DNA of 63,250 nucleotides, filler included, from Reclinomonas americana ATCC 50394 (lineage: Eukaryota), in the NCBI GenBank assembly GCA_048213135.1. It is 8 parts of 3 records of this genome, joined end to end, with 100 filler letters (N's around TTAATTAATTAA, not from the genome) between each part and the next. Parts side by side here need not be neighbours in the genome. Positions count along the whole stretch, not along the records: positions 46,505 to 58,079 come from PS015812.1; positions 58,180 to 59,270 come from PS015812.1; positions 59,371 to 60,789 come from PS015812.1; positions 60,890 to 63,250 come from PS015812.1; 4 more parts are not named here. The stretch is one strand, 5' to 3'. The notes under the pieces are model-generated. The model was not told the origin of the DNA. It ran no database searches and worked only from the letters and a program-made list of their open reading frames with translations. How positions within the stretch are numbered: position 1 is the first letter of the stretch; every line of letters starts with the position of its first letter. Shown piece after piece: positions 50,101 to 63,250 of this stretch. The translations under genes and the position numbers were made by a program.

Positions 50101-52803
50101 TCGACGACTTTGAGCACGGTCGGCCCATTCGGCAACGACGACTGTGCGACAACGAGACCGCCACTGGCCACAGTCGACGCACCACCAATGCCAAGACAGT
50201 GCTTCGCAGCCACCTCGCGCAGATTGGCGTAAATCAAGTGCGTCAACATGCGAGCGCGGTCACTGAGATTGGGTCGCTGGTCCAGGTGCTGCACCACCTC
50301 GAAAGCGGCACGGAAGATCTCCTGTGTGGCTTCCCCGCCCAGCGCCCGCCGTCCACCACCACCACCACCACCGGCACCACCGTCACGATCGCCGTCGCCG
50401 GCTTTCCCGGCCCCTCCCGATGCTCCCGACGCGCCGTCCCCTCCCGCGGCACCGTCGCCGTGTTCGAACGGACTGCGTCGATGCGAGTCAGCAACACGCG
50501 CGAAAGATGATGGCGAGTAAGGCATGGTAGACGCAACTCCATATCCGGTCGCCTCTTGACACGCAGTTCGAGCAGGTCCACGAGTTCCTCCAGTTGGCGG
50601 CTAGTCTTTAACAGGAGAGACGGCAGCTCGCTCTTGGTACTCGTGCGGTTGCGCACCATGACTTGCAAGTCTCGAATCTGTGTGCCCGGCGTGACGGTGA
50701 GAAACTCCGATCAACCATGACAAGGGGGGAGCCTCCAAACCTCGCCCGTCAGTGCTCGCATTTGACGCACAAGGCCGGCGTTGTTGCGCATGGTCTGCTC
50801 GCGCTCCCAGTTTGAGGTGCTGGCCAGCAGCTTGGCCAGGCTCGCCGTGAGTGACGCGGCACCAGCAGCCCCTTGGTTCTGCGGCAAATAACCAAAGGAA
50901 GTGTCAACCGAAGCCACAGCGATTGAATGAGAAAGATGTAGCACTCACTGCGCCATCGCCAGCACCGCCGCCGTCTCGAGTCGGCGACATGTTCGGGGTG
51001 CCGCCACTGAGTGGAGAGGCTCCAATCGACGACGGCAACTCCTCAATGGGCGTGGTGGTGCCGCTCTCGATCTTGAGATCGATGGAGGCTCGTAGACTGC
51101 CTTCAGCAATGTTCTCCTCCAAGTTGCGCACGGTCTTCTCCGCCGACTTGAGTTGGTTGTGTGCGGCGCGCCAGACCGAGGACAAGTCGGCCTGCACGGA
51201 AGAACCAACGTGAGATTGATGATGGGAGCAGGAAGAGCGCTGCTGCGTACCTGCACATCGCCAAATTCATGCACTTTCTTCATCAGCACATTGTTGCTGG
51301 CCATGTCGGCGGCGCGCGTCAGACGACTCCGGCGTATCTGTGACGTGTGAGAATGCGAGTTGCGGCTACAGAAACGCCTGTATGCACGGTGCACCAACCC
51401 TTGGCGCTGCTGCTGGGCTCTCGGACACTGTTCGCCGTGCGCCCGCTGTGCCACCAGCACGCGCTGTCTGTGGTCTCAGCTCGGCCAGCTTTCGCGAGCG
51501 CATGCGATTGGCAGCCTCCTCTGCATCACCGTGTAAGAGAGAGAGATACCAATCACACCCACTGAGAGAGACACTGACCGATGAGCGGCTGATCGGGTGG
51601 CGGCTCGTGTAGAATCGCGGTGAGTGGCGCATGACAGTCGACTCGATCCTTGCGCTTCAGCAGGTTCGCGTCAATGTCCCTGTGCAATCGATCGGGTCAG
51701 TCAACCGAAGCGATCCTGTGTAGAAAAGCGTGTGCGTAACTTGGCGATCAGGCGGCGATCCATCTGCGAGAGCACCGACTTGGCATCGCGCTCCGCCTTT
51801 TGTGCATCCTCCAACTGCTTTCGCAGCGTGCGAATGAGCGTGTTTTGCTGGTCGGCCACGTACGTCAATCGACGCATCTCCACCGGTTCGTGACCGCCTC
51901 CACCACCACCACCACCACCACTCATATCGCGTGCACTGACACTGGACGACGCACTCCGCGCCGATCGCGACGCGCTCATCGGCGCCGACAACGATCCCGG
52001 TGGCGGCATCTGTGGAGTCTCTGGCGCCACGTACGACGGGATCACAGCTGCAGCGCGGACCATGAGGGAGGAAGGGAGGGAATCGCACAACGCGTCGTTG
52101 CTGGGATGCACACCTTCCTCCATCATGCGTCGATAGGCGTCCTTGCGATCGCGCCAGAACTCGTCGACCGAATCGTCCTTGAACGGCATCGGCACCACAT
52201 CGGCCGGTCGCAGCCGACCTGCCATCACACGCGACGCAGAGGACGCCGGCTGCGTCGTCGCCGAGAACTTGACCTGTCGCTCCGGCGACGTCATGCCCAC
52301 CGGCGACGAAGGCAACAACGCACTGCGATGATGCGGTTCCAGATCCTGCAACAGCTTCGTGGCACTGCGCACTGCAAGTCAGCAGTGGGGGGACGGGGGA
52401 GCAGGGGGATCAGGAGCCGCACACCTCTTCACCACAGTCTCCTGAGCATACTTCTCCGCCTCCTCCACCGCCGTTGTCCTCCACGTGCTGGCCTTTCCGC
52501 GTTCCTCGCGCCCAACACGCTCCGCCGATCTGCACAAGCCAGTGAGCAGTGCGCGCGTACACAGTAATCGACAGCCTTTATCACAAACCGCCTGGCCAGC
52601 TCGTCTCGACGCTGAGTGGGCGACACAGAAGACGAGGCAGACACATCGGAGGACGTCGGCACAGCTGTCTCCACCGCGTACCAGAAGTTCCTGTGCGCGA
52701 GGAGGCTACAGTGTCAGCGAAAGCGCTTGTGTAAAGCGAGAAAAGGCCAAAGGAATACGCGCCCTGAGTACTTGAGCTCGATTTGTGGCGACTGTTCGCT
52801 CAT
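47183..52803 (-). CDS. Hypothetical large coiled-coil protein (one or two genes; contains an N gap)
   Basis: Exon-like segments with heptad character (IRTLRKQLEDAQKAERDAK; AHNQLKSAEKTVRNLEE; LVRQMRAL) separated by short GT/GC-AG introns. Confidence 0.5.
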
Positions 52804-52892
52804 TGCAGTCACAACGATCACGACGGTGTCCGTGTCGTCCATCGCGCCCATCATTGAGTGATTGAGCGAGTGACTGAGAGCAAGGAGAATCG

Positions 52893-53325
52893 ATGTCCGC
52901 AGCAGCTGATCCGCCTGTGCAAGGTCTTCCTGTGACACCTGAGGGGCGGTTGGAGTGGTGTGAGGCGTGCAAGGTGCGCGGGAATGAGCTGTTCCGCGCG
53001 GGTGAGTCGCGATTGGCGGTCATTGAGTACAAGAAGGTCTGTGCGTCTCTCTCTGTCTCTCTTCCTTGAGTGTGCGTGCTGATGTCATGTGACAGTGCCT
53101 GGGCTTCTTCCGGGACTCGCGGATGCCGACGGACTTGTTTGGTGGAGGTGGTGGAGGCTCAGTGCCTCCATCGCAACAGAAGCAGCCTTCGCCTGGTGTG
53201 TTTGCGTGCGAGTCTTTCTCACTTGTCTCTCTCGCACTCACACTGTGTGTGTGTCTCCAGCGGACGTGGAGGGCCCGCTGCAAGAGCGCTGGAAGCAAGT
53301 GATGATGGATGTGTACAATGTGAGT

Positions 53326-53362
<37 letters not shown>

Positions 53363-54977
53363 AGTAACTCGACTTGGGCGAAGAAGCGGCGTCGAGTTGC
53401 TCAGCAGCTGCACATGCATTAACGCACTGTCTGTCTCACTCGCTTACTCCCTCACTCCCTACTGCCCTTGCCCTCTCACTTGCTCACTCCCCAGTCTCTC
53501 TCTCTCTCTCTCACCAGGCTCTCTCGCTCACTTCTCCCTTCTCACTCACTCCTCACTTCCCTTATTATACGCAGAACATCGCCGCATGTTACACTCGTCT
53601 GCGCAAGTGGGACTACGTGGCCACCTACNNNNNNNNNNNNNNNNNNNNNNNNNNNNNNNNNNNNNNNNNNNNNNNNNNNNNNNNNNNNNNNNNNNNNNNN
53701 NNNNNNNNNNNNNNNNNNNNNNNNNNNNNNNNNNNNNNNNNNNNNNNNNNNNNNNNNNNNNNNNNNNNNNNNNNNNNNNNNNNNNNNNNNNNNNNNNNNN
53801 NNNNNNNNNNNNNNNNNNNNNNNNNNNNNNNNNNNNNNNNNNNNNNNNNNNNNNNNNNNNNNNNNNNNNNNNNNNNNNNNNNNNNNNNNNNNNNNNNNNN
53901 NNNNNNNNNNNNNNNNNNNNNNNNNNNNNNNNNNNNNNNNNNNNNNNNNNNNNNNNNNNNNNNNNNNNNNNNNNNNNNNNNNNNNNNNNNNNNNNNNNNN
54001 NNNNNNNNNNNNNNNNNNNNNNNNNNNNNNNNNNNNNNNNNNNNNNNNNNNNNNNNNNNNNNNNNNNNNNNNNNNNNNNNNNNNNNNNNNNNNNNNNNNN
54101 NNNNNNNNNNNNNNNNNNNNNNNNNNNNNNNNNNNNNNNNNNNNNNNNNNNNNNNNNNNNNNNNNNNNNNNNNNNNNNNNNNNNNNNNNNNNNNNNNNNN
54201 NNNNNNNNNNNNNNNNNNNNNNNNNNNNNNNNNNNNNNNNNNNNNNNNNNNNNNNNNNNNNNNNNNNNNNNNNNNNNNNNNNNNNNNNNNNNNNNNNNNN
54301 NNNNNNNNNNNNNNNNNNNNNNNNNNNNNNNNNNNNNNNNNNNNNNNNNNNNNNNNNNNNNNNNNNNNNNNNNNNNNNNNNNNNNNNNNNNNNNNNNNNN
54401 NNNNNNNNNNNNNNNNNNNNNNNNNNNNNNNNNNNNNNNNNNNNNNNNNNNNNNNNNNNNNNNNNNNNNNNNNNNNNNNNNNNNNNNNNNNNNNNNNNNN
54501 NNNNNNNNNNNNNNNNNNNNNNNNNNNNNNNNNNNNNNNNNNNNNNNNNNNNNNNNNNNNNNNNNNNNNNNNNNNNNNNNNNNNNNNNNNNNNNNNNNNN
54601 NNNNNNGGGAAGAAGGCACGTCCTTAGGTCTCTCCATGTGCAGTCGAGTCTTCATTCGACTCTGACAACGCGCACGAAACGCAGAGTCTGGAGGTGGCGC
54701 CGAACGCGAAAGCCTTTGTGCGTCTCTCGGAAGCTGCGATTGAGCATGGCGCGTGGGGCGAGGCACGTGAGAACCTGCTGGCACTGGCGGCCATGGATCC
54801 ATCGCATGCAGCACTGAGGTCTTTTGAGTTTTTTGCAAAGCCACTTGGGTGAGTGTCTGATCGCGTTCTGTGCGCAGCAAGCTGCCTGCTGTGGAGGAGA
54901 ACCTGCGGCAACGAGAGATGCGACAGGCGGCTCGACTGCGCAACATGTTTGATGCGGGTGATGAGGGCGACCAGTGA
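52893..54977 (+). CDS. TPR-repeat protein (co-chaperone-type TPR)
   Basis: CKVRGNELFRAGESRLAVIEYKK, VYNNIAACYTRLRKW, NAKAFVRLSEA and ARLRNMF; TGA at 54975-54977. Confidence 0.85.
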
Positions 54978-55030
54978 AGGTCGACAGACAGAAGAGGACA
55001 AGCAGGCAGGATCACAGTAAAACAATCTCA

Positions 55031-57461
55031 ATGTTGAGCGCAGAGTCTCGCCTGTTGTTTGGCACCACTGAAGTGCGTCTGAGTGTCGCCGGTTGCTCTC
55101 GCGGAGGCGGCGGAGGCGAGACGTTTGCCTATGTACCAGGCGCAGTGGCTGTTGCGTCTCTGCCGCACTCTCACTCCCCCAGTCAGTCACACGCACACAT
55201 TCTCGCGCGTGTGTCCATAGTATGACACTCGTGTGGAGAGTGGTCTGGCCAACTTGGAGCTGCGCGCGCGACCATTCTCCGTCTCTCGTGATGCGCATGC
55301 GGATCAATCACTCACCTTTGCACTGAATTGCATTCCGGCGGCCGATCCGCTGCGTGTCTTCCGACCCGACGATGGTAGTGAGAAAGCTCTGAGTGGTCCA
55401 TCTGTCTTACCAGTGAGAGACACTGACTGAGTGAGTGAGCTGCAGTGCTGCTTCTGCCTCCACTGTTGCGCCAGCCGCTGCTCAAGACCGCGGAGGGAGC
55501 TGTCCGCGGACTGCGATCGGGCGGGCGATCGGCCATTCTGCCTCTGTGCGATGATCACACTGGTGACTTGCCTCTTGCCACTGCGCGACTGGCGGGCACT
55601 GCCTCACCCTGTTGTGTGCAGGCGAGGTCGGCTTTTATCGTCTCAAGGGCTGCGGCAACTACGTGGATGCGCCGTTTCGTATCTTCTCCTCGCTTGCACA
55701 TACGTTGCTTCTCATGCTCTTCTCTGTCAAATGGCGGCAGCAACTTCCGCTTCCCGTACCCGGGCTTCCCCATTCGCGAGATCCAGGTGTTCTCCGAGCT
55801 GTTTGGCGGCGACACGGTGATGGAGTTGGACTGGGAGATTCGAGGATGCGCGCTGCTGCAGACGGCCTTTCGTGAGCTGCTCATGAGTGAGCAGATTGGC
55901 AAGCTGCTGCAGGCCGAGTACGGTCGTGTGTGTGGCAACGAGCCGGTGTGCGTGTGGCGCTACGACATTCACGATCTCAACATTTTCACGGGTGGCGAGG
56001 GCGAGAGCATGTGGACGGATGACGAGGTCAAACTGCCGGCGCCTGGACTGTGGGAGATTCAGGCGTGTATGCGTGTGCCCGTGTGCGTGTCACAGAGCGA
56101 GATGTGACAGTGTGCGACACGGTGCAGACGTACACGGACCGGCGACTCGACAAGTACTGCGTGGTGTTCAAGACGCACGGTGAGAAGCGTCTGGCCTCGC
56201 ACTTGCTGGCCGGCGCCGAGCTCGCCATTCCGCTGCTGGTGGCTGATGTTGCGTGCCTGGTTGTCTGTTCGTCAGAGGGAGTGTCGTCACTCATCATCGT
56301 CGTCGTCGTGGGCGTACAGATTGATCCGCAAGTTGACCAGCTGCTGGTGGCCAAGGACGCAGATCGCATCGACTCGGTGACGGGAGCCGCCAAGGAGACA
56401 TGGAGAGTGCGTCACACGTGAGAGAGTGTTCGTCGATTGCCAGTGACGCTCACGTATCCCCCCTCCAACGCACAGATGAAACCCGACGCACTGGTGGATT
56501 TGCTGGCCGCCCCGTGCCTGCTGCGTATGCACGCACCCGACGGTGGCTCACCGCCCGTCGATCTGCCCGCCGACATGCACCAGCTGTGGCGCGAAGCCTG
56601 TGAGACGCTGGTACGTCGCCTGTGCTGCTGTTTGTGTGACTGAGACACCGACTTTTTGACTCTCAGGCACACGCCGGCGGTTTTGACTTGCCCTATCTGT
56701 ACTGGCGCCTCGGTCGCGAGTGTGGCGAGTTCAAGATTCTGCTCGAGCGCAACGACATTTCGTGGGGCTACTTTGCCGATCACAACGAGGCCGAGCCGCA
56801 CTGCAACTCGCACGTCAACAATTTTGTCGTGCTGCCGCCGGTATGTGTGTGAACCCACTCATTTTACCGCTGCGTCTGCTTCCACTCACACCCCCTGTGC
56901 TGCCAGCAACCGAACAGCCAGCTGCTGGCCCCAGTCGGTGCGTGACTTGGCCTGCTCCACCGCTTGAGTGTTGCTGATTCCTCGACACATACGCGCAGAT
57001 TTTGACATGGCCTTCCACCGCTGCGAGTTCATCTCCAAGTACACGAACGAGCGCGACCATTCACTCTTTGACTCGTGGGTGCAGTCGGAGCGACGGGAGC
57101 TGCAGCGCGCGCTGGGCGGCGAGGTCTGTCTCTCACCCTTGCACACAAAAATCTCTCTCTCGCTCACGGCCACTCTGCTCGCAGGAGGTGAACACGGGGC
57201 TGTTTGCGCTGGACGCCGGCAGCGGCCTCACTGCGCAACAAATGAGACTGCGCTGGGCGCTTCGCGACACCATGGTCGCCGGCTTCATCTCCGGTACGCC
57301 GTCAACTTTGCTTTCCTTGTGCGGGATTTTTTCTCACTCACTGTGCAGGGTACGAGCAACGACCGGACGAGCACGCCGAAATGTCCACGCCGGCGCTCGA
57401 GGCCTCCATTCGCGCCCTCATCCAGCTCAGCCTGTGCATGTCCACGCAGCGCAACTCGTAG
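55031..57461 (+). CDS. Uncharacterised SelO/YdiU-like (atypical kinase fold) protein
   Basis: Ordered motifs SGGRSA, YRLKGCGN, IRGC...RELLMSE, SWGYF...HCNSHVNNF and APVDFDMAF parallel SelO GDGRA, LKG(A/S)G, RE-x2-SE, GFVHG-x-MNTDN and DYG; TAG at 57459-57461. Confidence 0.6.
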
Positions 57462-57821
57462 AACAGAAACAGTCCGATATCGAAACTTTTTTGTACATAT
57501 ATTCAGCGAATGTACCCGTGCCGGCAGTCACCATCATCCTTGTCGTCGTTCTCGCTGTCAGCCACGTTCTGCAGCCTCGCTGTGTGCACGACGACGAAAA
57601 AGGAGAAAGCATGGAGGGTATCGATTTTCCCGCGTTTTTTTGATTGCTTGTGGCGGCTCTCGTTGGTCGTGGAGGACAAACACTCGTTCTCTCACACACA
57701 CAGCACACCACACACGAATCGATCGCTCACACTCTCACTCTCTCACTCACTCACACACACACACACACCGATCGTTTATCGCTCTTCTCGTTTCGCGCGC
57801 GCGTGTGCGAATTGTAAGAAG

Positions 57822-58079
57822 ATGAGCGCTGACGAAGTGTGTGCAAAGGTCAGTCACACACACTCACACTCTCACACACACACACACAATCGCTCATTGT
57901 GTGAGTGTGTGCGCACAGTTGGGCGTGTCGGAGAACGCGCGACAGCGCACGATGGAGCTCGTTCAACAATCGACTTTCCCTGCGCAGAGCGATGTTTTGT
58001 CAGACACACAAACCTCTCTCACTCTTTCTCTCTCACACACACTCACTCTCTCTCTCTCTTACACACACAGGATCAACTT
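57822..58079 (+). CDS. Probable 5' end of the retinoblastoma-related gene
   Basis: MSADEVCAKLGVSENARQRTMELV resembles the first helices of Rb-family proteins and lies next to two other Rb fragments. Confidence 0.4.
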
Positions 58080-58216
58080 NNNNNNNNNNNNNNNNNNNNN
58101 NNNNNNNNNNNNNNNNNNNNNNNTTAATTAATTAANNNNNNNNNNNNNNNNNNNNNNNNNNNNNNNNNNNNNNNNNNNNGGGGGTTCAGCACGGGAGGTA
58201 CACGAGCGCAGGGAAA

Positions 58217-59010
58217 CTACACGCAACATTTCCGCCTCCTCGTCGGGTCCCGTAGCCCACGCCGCATCGGTGACCGACGGCAGCACGCCCTCGCGCACCA
58301 TCTGCCGCACTCGAGTGAGGAGGTTTCTCCATTCCTCGCGGATCTCGGCCGACAGCTGAGTGGGCGGCGACGGCGCCGACGACGACGACGACAAGCTGTC
58401 GCCGCCGCCGTACACGCACTGGCACAGCAAGTGAAACACCTCGCAGTTTCCATTGTCAACTGGGTCGTGCGCTGCACAATAATGGCCCGCATGGTGAGCT
58501 CAGGCCGCCAGCAACAAAAAACGAAATCATGCACACGCAACGATTGGCCAGGAAGTCGACGGGCGGCACACGCGACGCATCCGGCAAGTGTGTGTACACC
58601 AGGAAGAACGACAGCTCCAGCAGCGTGTTGATCGTGTGCATGTCGAACACGGGAATGTCGTCGAGCGTCACTGTGCGCAGTGTCAACACTCCTCGCATAT
58701 CCTCGACGACACGAGACGAGACGACGCACCGCAAGCATACACAAAGAGATCCCAGCCGAATGTGAACGGCGGCATCTTCTCAAAGTCACTGTGTTTGCCA
58801 GGAAGCGAGTGAGTGAGTGAGTGAGCGAGAGAGGGCGTTGAGAGAGAGAGAGAGAGAGACTGTACCTGTGCGAGGGAGCAACGATACGCTCAAACAGTCG
58901 CCGATACTTGCGCGACATGGAGAGCATCACAGTCCACCACGCCGCAAGCTTATCGTACGGATCGCCGTGTGTGCGACTCAGCGAGCGCAAAACGAACTTG
59001 GGGCTGCACG
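58217..59010 (-). CDS. Retinoblastoma-family N-terminal domain fragment
   Basis: LAAWWTVMLSMSRKYRRLFERI and FTFGWDLF match the RbN pattern (F-x-V-x3-FKKY-x2-IF; F-x-F-[CG]-W-x-LF). Confidence 0.6.
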
Positions 59011-59155
59011 AAGCGCGAATGGGAAGGGAAAGGGAGGGAGGGAGTGAGCAGAAGGGTCGATTATCCTCATTGTGAACGTGCGTGTGTGTGCGTGTGTGTG
59101 TGTGTGCGACTGACTCTGTCTATCGACTCAATCGCTTCTCTCCACTCTTCCCATC

Positions 59156-59270
<115 letters not shown>

Positions 59271-59437
59271 NNNNNNNNNNNNNNNNNNNNNNNNNNNNNN
59301 NNNNNNNNNNNNNNTTAATTAATTAANNNNNNNNNNNNNNNNNNNNNNNNNNNNNNNNNNNNNNNNNNNNTTCGTCAGTCCTCTTGCGCGCTTCCGTTTC
59401 TTCGTTGCTACTTACCGCCTTCTCTCTCTTGCATGTA

Positions 59438-60711
59438 GCTCGTGTGCGCTTCCCCACGTGCTCCGACGCCGAAGTCGAATCAAGGCGAACGATGATTCGC
59501 AGCCTCTACTACCGCGTCATTTTCAATCTAATTTCACACGAGCGGCAGAGCTCACGCGGAGTTGCGTCGCGGGTGTTGTTGACCGTCAGTGCCAACTCAA
59601 CTCACACGCCGTGCGCAGGAGGCCATTGAGAATTTGATGCAAGCTCGCCTCATTCACCAGTCGTTTATCATCTGTGCGGTGGAAATGACCCTGGTGGCCT
59701 ACCAAGTTGCGCACCGACGCGTCTCCATTCTTCCTCGTCTTCGTCTTACTCACGTTTGGCGCGGAGCAGGTGCACGAGGGTCGATTTCCGTTCCTGCTTG
59801 ACGATCTCGGCCTGAGTGGATACGAGTTTTCGAAGACCACCGAGTTCTTCGTCACACATTGTGCAATTCAAGAAATGGTTCGTCACTCGCTGCGCCTGCA
59901 TTCATGATGCCCCTCTCCTCACGCATTATGTGTGTGTGCTCTTTCTGCTGCGCAGGGTGGTGTTCCGATGGAGCTGTATGGGAGCATTCGTTCGGTGACG
60001 GAGCGATGCTTGCTGGAGATTGGTTGGCGTGCTGGCGCTGGTGTGCTGTCGGCCACGTTGAACCAGGAGGCCATTGTCAATGACATCAAGTCGGTTATCG
60101 AGGCGTACGCCTCATCCAACGGCTCGCAATCGACGCAACCGTCGCCAGCCCGTCCCGTCGGTACGCACCGTTGATGCATCTCCTGCGTGTCGATTGCCGT
60201 TTGGCTGACTGTCACATCCTCCCCCCCTCCTCTCTCTCTCCCTGCCCTGCAGTGTCGGGACGGCATGGCTCGGCCTTTAGTCCGCTGGTGTCTGGGCACG
60301 CACATGTTGCTTCGGCGCCACTTTTCCCGTCGTCGCCGCAGCGCTCCACCGACCGTACACATGCGGTGCCGAATGTTGCGTTTGTGCGGTGGTCGCTCTC
60401 TGTTGTTGTGGTGCACGGCGACGCTGACAGCCACTCGCCTCTGCTAGATGTCGGCGACCACGGCCACACTCCCTTCGCCGCTTCTCACATCCAAGCTCCC
60501 GTCGTCAACTGTGGCCAGTGGCTCTGTCGGCTCCGCCCCTGTTCCGTCATCCTCATCTTCGTCTTCGTCGTCGTCGTCATCGAATTCTGGTCCCGGCCGC
60601 CCAGCCTTCCTGTCACCTGCGCCAATCCAATCACCACTCCGCGGCCAGGCTGGGCGCTCTGCCTCTGGATCCGCCGCATCAGGGCATCCAGTGCGCTTCT
60701 CGTACGCCGAG
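59438..60711 (+). CDS. Retinoblastoma-related protein, pocket A domain and SP-rich spacer
   Basis: RSLYYRVIFNLISHE...LIHQSFIICAVEMTLVAY...FPFLLDDLGLSGYEFSKTTEFFV...IRSVTERCLLEIGW aligns with the Rb-A consensus (LYYRVME, FH-x-SLLAC-x-LE, FPWIL, FYKVIE, IMESLAW). Confidence 0.85.
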
Positions 60712-61313
60712 GTGAAACCGACACACTATGCTCCCTTTTCATCTCTTTCTCCTGTGTCACTTACGTTGCAATGTGTGTGTGTGTGTGTGNNNNNNNNNNN
60801 NNNNNNNNNNNNNNNNNNNNNNNNNNNNNNNNNTTAATTAATTAANNNNNNNNNNNNNNNNNNNNNNNNNNNNNNNNNNNNNNNNNNNNACTCATGGCAC
60901 CGCCGTCACGTGACGCACCTGAGCCACCGCGCAAGCGGAGAAAGAAGTAGTCTGTGTCTGTGTATGATAATCAGTGGTCTTTGTTTCCTTCCATCCCTCC
61001 TCCCTATGTGTGTGTGTGTGTTTTCCCGGTGCTGTGTTCTGCTTGCAATGACGCGCGCGCTCTTCTGTCTGTTCTGGTACTTTATCACTTGCTCTCTTCC
61101 TCCTTCTCCTACCCCCTCTGTCCTCTCACCAATCGTTGTCAATGAGCATGTACAGTGACTTCTTTTTATTCACACTGTTGATTGGATTCTTTACACTACT
61201 AATTGTCGCAGATTAATTAGTTAGATTGTAACACACACGTACACATATACACACATGCACACAATTGCACATTAAGCACAGTCAACGAGATTATTACTCG
61301 TTTGGCTGGATTT

Positions 61314-63013
61314 TCAAGAGAGCAGGGAGAACGGCGGCGAGAGGATGCCGTCGTGAGCTTGCAGGCGAAGAACGGCGTTTTCTGCGCTGGCAGTTGACTT
61401 TATGACGCACACCACCGAGTAGAATTCCTCGACGATGCACCCCTCCCGCTCGTGATGCCAAATATTCGGGCTCTGCTGCACACACACAAAGCGCTCGTCG
61501 ACCACAGGCTCCTTGAGGGTGTAGTACGACGGACCGGAGAAATGCCGACGCTGATAGACGACAAGTTGGCTCGTGCATGCGCAGCCGCTCTCCGCATCGA
61601 AACCCGGAGTCGCCGTGGACGTTCCCCACACATGAGGACAAAACTGCGGCAATACGCCGGCACACAGCAGCACGTGCGGCACCTCGCAAGGAGCACCTGC
61701 GGCAAAGACAATCGTCAGCAACACTGCAGCTAGTAACAAGCAGGGTGCGCGTGGCGAGTGTACCTCCGTCAGCAGTGCCCGTGTATGCGGGAGCATTGTA
61801 GGGGATGCGCACCCAGTCACCATCGCCACTCGCAGGGCTCGGTAGGCGGCCGACGCGATCGAGGCGCTGTCGCGCCGCCACAGTCACGCAGTCGCCGTTG
61901 GTAGTGCGAATGGCCTGCAGCGCGCGCATGTCGATCGTTAGCGGACGTATACAAAACGGGTGCAGTACCGGTTCATGTTGGGAGCTACGCAACAACCATA
62001 CTGCTGCGAAGATTCTTCGCTCCCTCTCCGGATAGCCACATGATGCGCACGGCGTAGCTGCCTTCCAGTCGGTAGACCAGAAAACGACGAGTCTGCGTAA
62101 TGGACGTAAACATGTCGTGTGGCAGAGGTCGCACGTGCGTGATTTCCACGAGTCGCCCGTCGCCGTGCCGAGCGTACAAGTCGACGAACCGGTAGCTCTG
62201 CGCGGAGGGAGGGCGACAGCAAGTTGTGAGTGCGCATGTCACAGACAGTGGAAGATATCGAGATAACGCTGCGCGCACCTGCTGATTGACTTGCATCTCG
62301 TTGTAGGCGACACCGCAGCCGCTTTCCACGATGCTGGCCTCCCTCCACGCCCAGCCGCGAGGATTGTCGGGCGAGCGATACAGAAGCTCAAGCCTGCGGT
62401 CGTCCCCAACGACATCTTCATCGTCGGCCGCTGGTGCAGACGCAGAGGCAGACGCTGACGACCGCGATGGATCATCGATTTCCATGCGATCGTGCGACTG
62501 ATCGTCATCGTCGTCATCGTCGTCGTCGCCGTCGTATGGTGTGCACGGTACCACCTCCGCGTCGCTACACTCAAACGGTGGAGGCGGTTGCTCCATGCGC
62601 AGCAGCTGCGGCGGTGACGGCATTGATGGTGCAGCTGGCTGCTCGATCGCCGGCGGCACAGGGGAAAGGTCAGCCCCGGGTGGATGCGGTGGCCAGGAAA
62701 GCAGTGATGGCGGCGGCGAGCTGTCGAAGGCCGTCAACGCACCGACAGGCAATTCATTTGCAGGCGCAATCTCTAGAAGCTCTGCCGGATAGGTCTCTGT
62801 CGTCAGCAGCGACTTGGCGGCCACGACGCCGGCGTACACTGTACACGAAAGAAACACAACAGTGCATGAGTTGCGATTGTACTCGCGCACACTGAAGTAC
62901 ATCAGCAAATACACACATGTATGATGGTGGAAAGGGGTCGCTAGGGTGTATGCGCTGGCCATGGATGGGCCGGAGGCAGGCAGCAATGCGTATGGCGAGT
63001 CATCGCTAATCAT
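61314..63013 (-). CDS. Hypothetical multi-exon protein (P/D-rich N-terminal region, globular beta-rich C-terminal region), 5' end uncertain
   Basis: Long open exons (RRLELLYRSPDNPRGWAWRE; SYRFVDLYARH; CIVEEFYSVVCVIKS...ILSPPFSLLS*) join in frame through short introns. Confidence 0.5.
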
Positions 63014-63250
63014 CCAGAGAATCTCTCACTGTGGCGCAAACGTTAGTCGGAGCGTTTCAGCTGGTGGGAGAAGTGCGCGCAGCATGGGTGAACAAATATG
63101 ACAGGAAGAAGGTGCTGGCGGAAACCATGTGTGCGGGTGTGAAGGGCTCTAATTTTAGCTTCTGCATGCATGCATGAAAAAAGACATGCATGCATGCCAA
63201 TGGAAGGCATGTGCACGTGCGTGTGCATGTGTGTGAGAGAGAGTGTGTAT

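Noticed and set aside
2919..54817. Long ORFs containing X runs
   Set aside because: Artefacts of translating N gaps.
60640..60712. Rb pocket-B start in the frame RPGWALCLWIRRIR
   Set aside because: The splice-consistent frame is the Ser/Pro-rich one (SPAPIQSPLRG...FSYAE|GT), so the resemblance is probably coincidental.

Overview
This is eukaryotic nuclear DNA from a gene-dense, intron-rich, probably flagellated protist; the organism cannot be named from the sequence. It uses the standard genetic code (TAA, TAG and TGA all end genes). The window joins eight assembly scaffolds with artificial N-TTAATTAATTAA-N linkers and has further internal N gaps, so the ORF track is mostly misleading. I spliced genes by hand. 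Recognisable genes: ODF3/SHIPPO-repeat protein, TMEM19, a universal stress protein, RPN5/PSMD12 (with a tRNA-Arg(UCU) gene in its last intron), a claudin-like tetraspan fused to a calflagin/FCaBP-like EF-hand domain, phospholipase B-like, AAC4-like protein, a bacterial-type M36+PA metalloprotease, a CANT1 apyrase, a pseudokinase-PH protein, MacroD, MED31, POT1 with an extra N-terminal OB-like domain, cytochrome b5 reductase, an RLK/Pelle-type kinase, a TPR protein, a SelO-like protein and a retinoblastoma-related gene broken over three scaffolds. The most striking signal is a second, very common class of 5' splice site: GTTGCG/GTTGAG/GTTTCG, the normal donor with one extra T, so the conserved G sits at +6 instead of +5. 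About 30 frame-supported examples occur here, almost all after an exon ending in a non-G base. All family assignments come from motifs recognised by eye, not from database searches.
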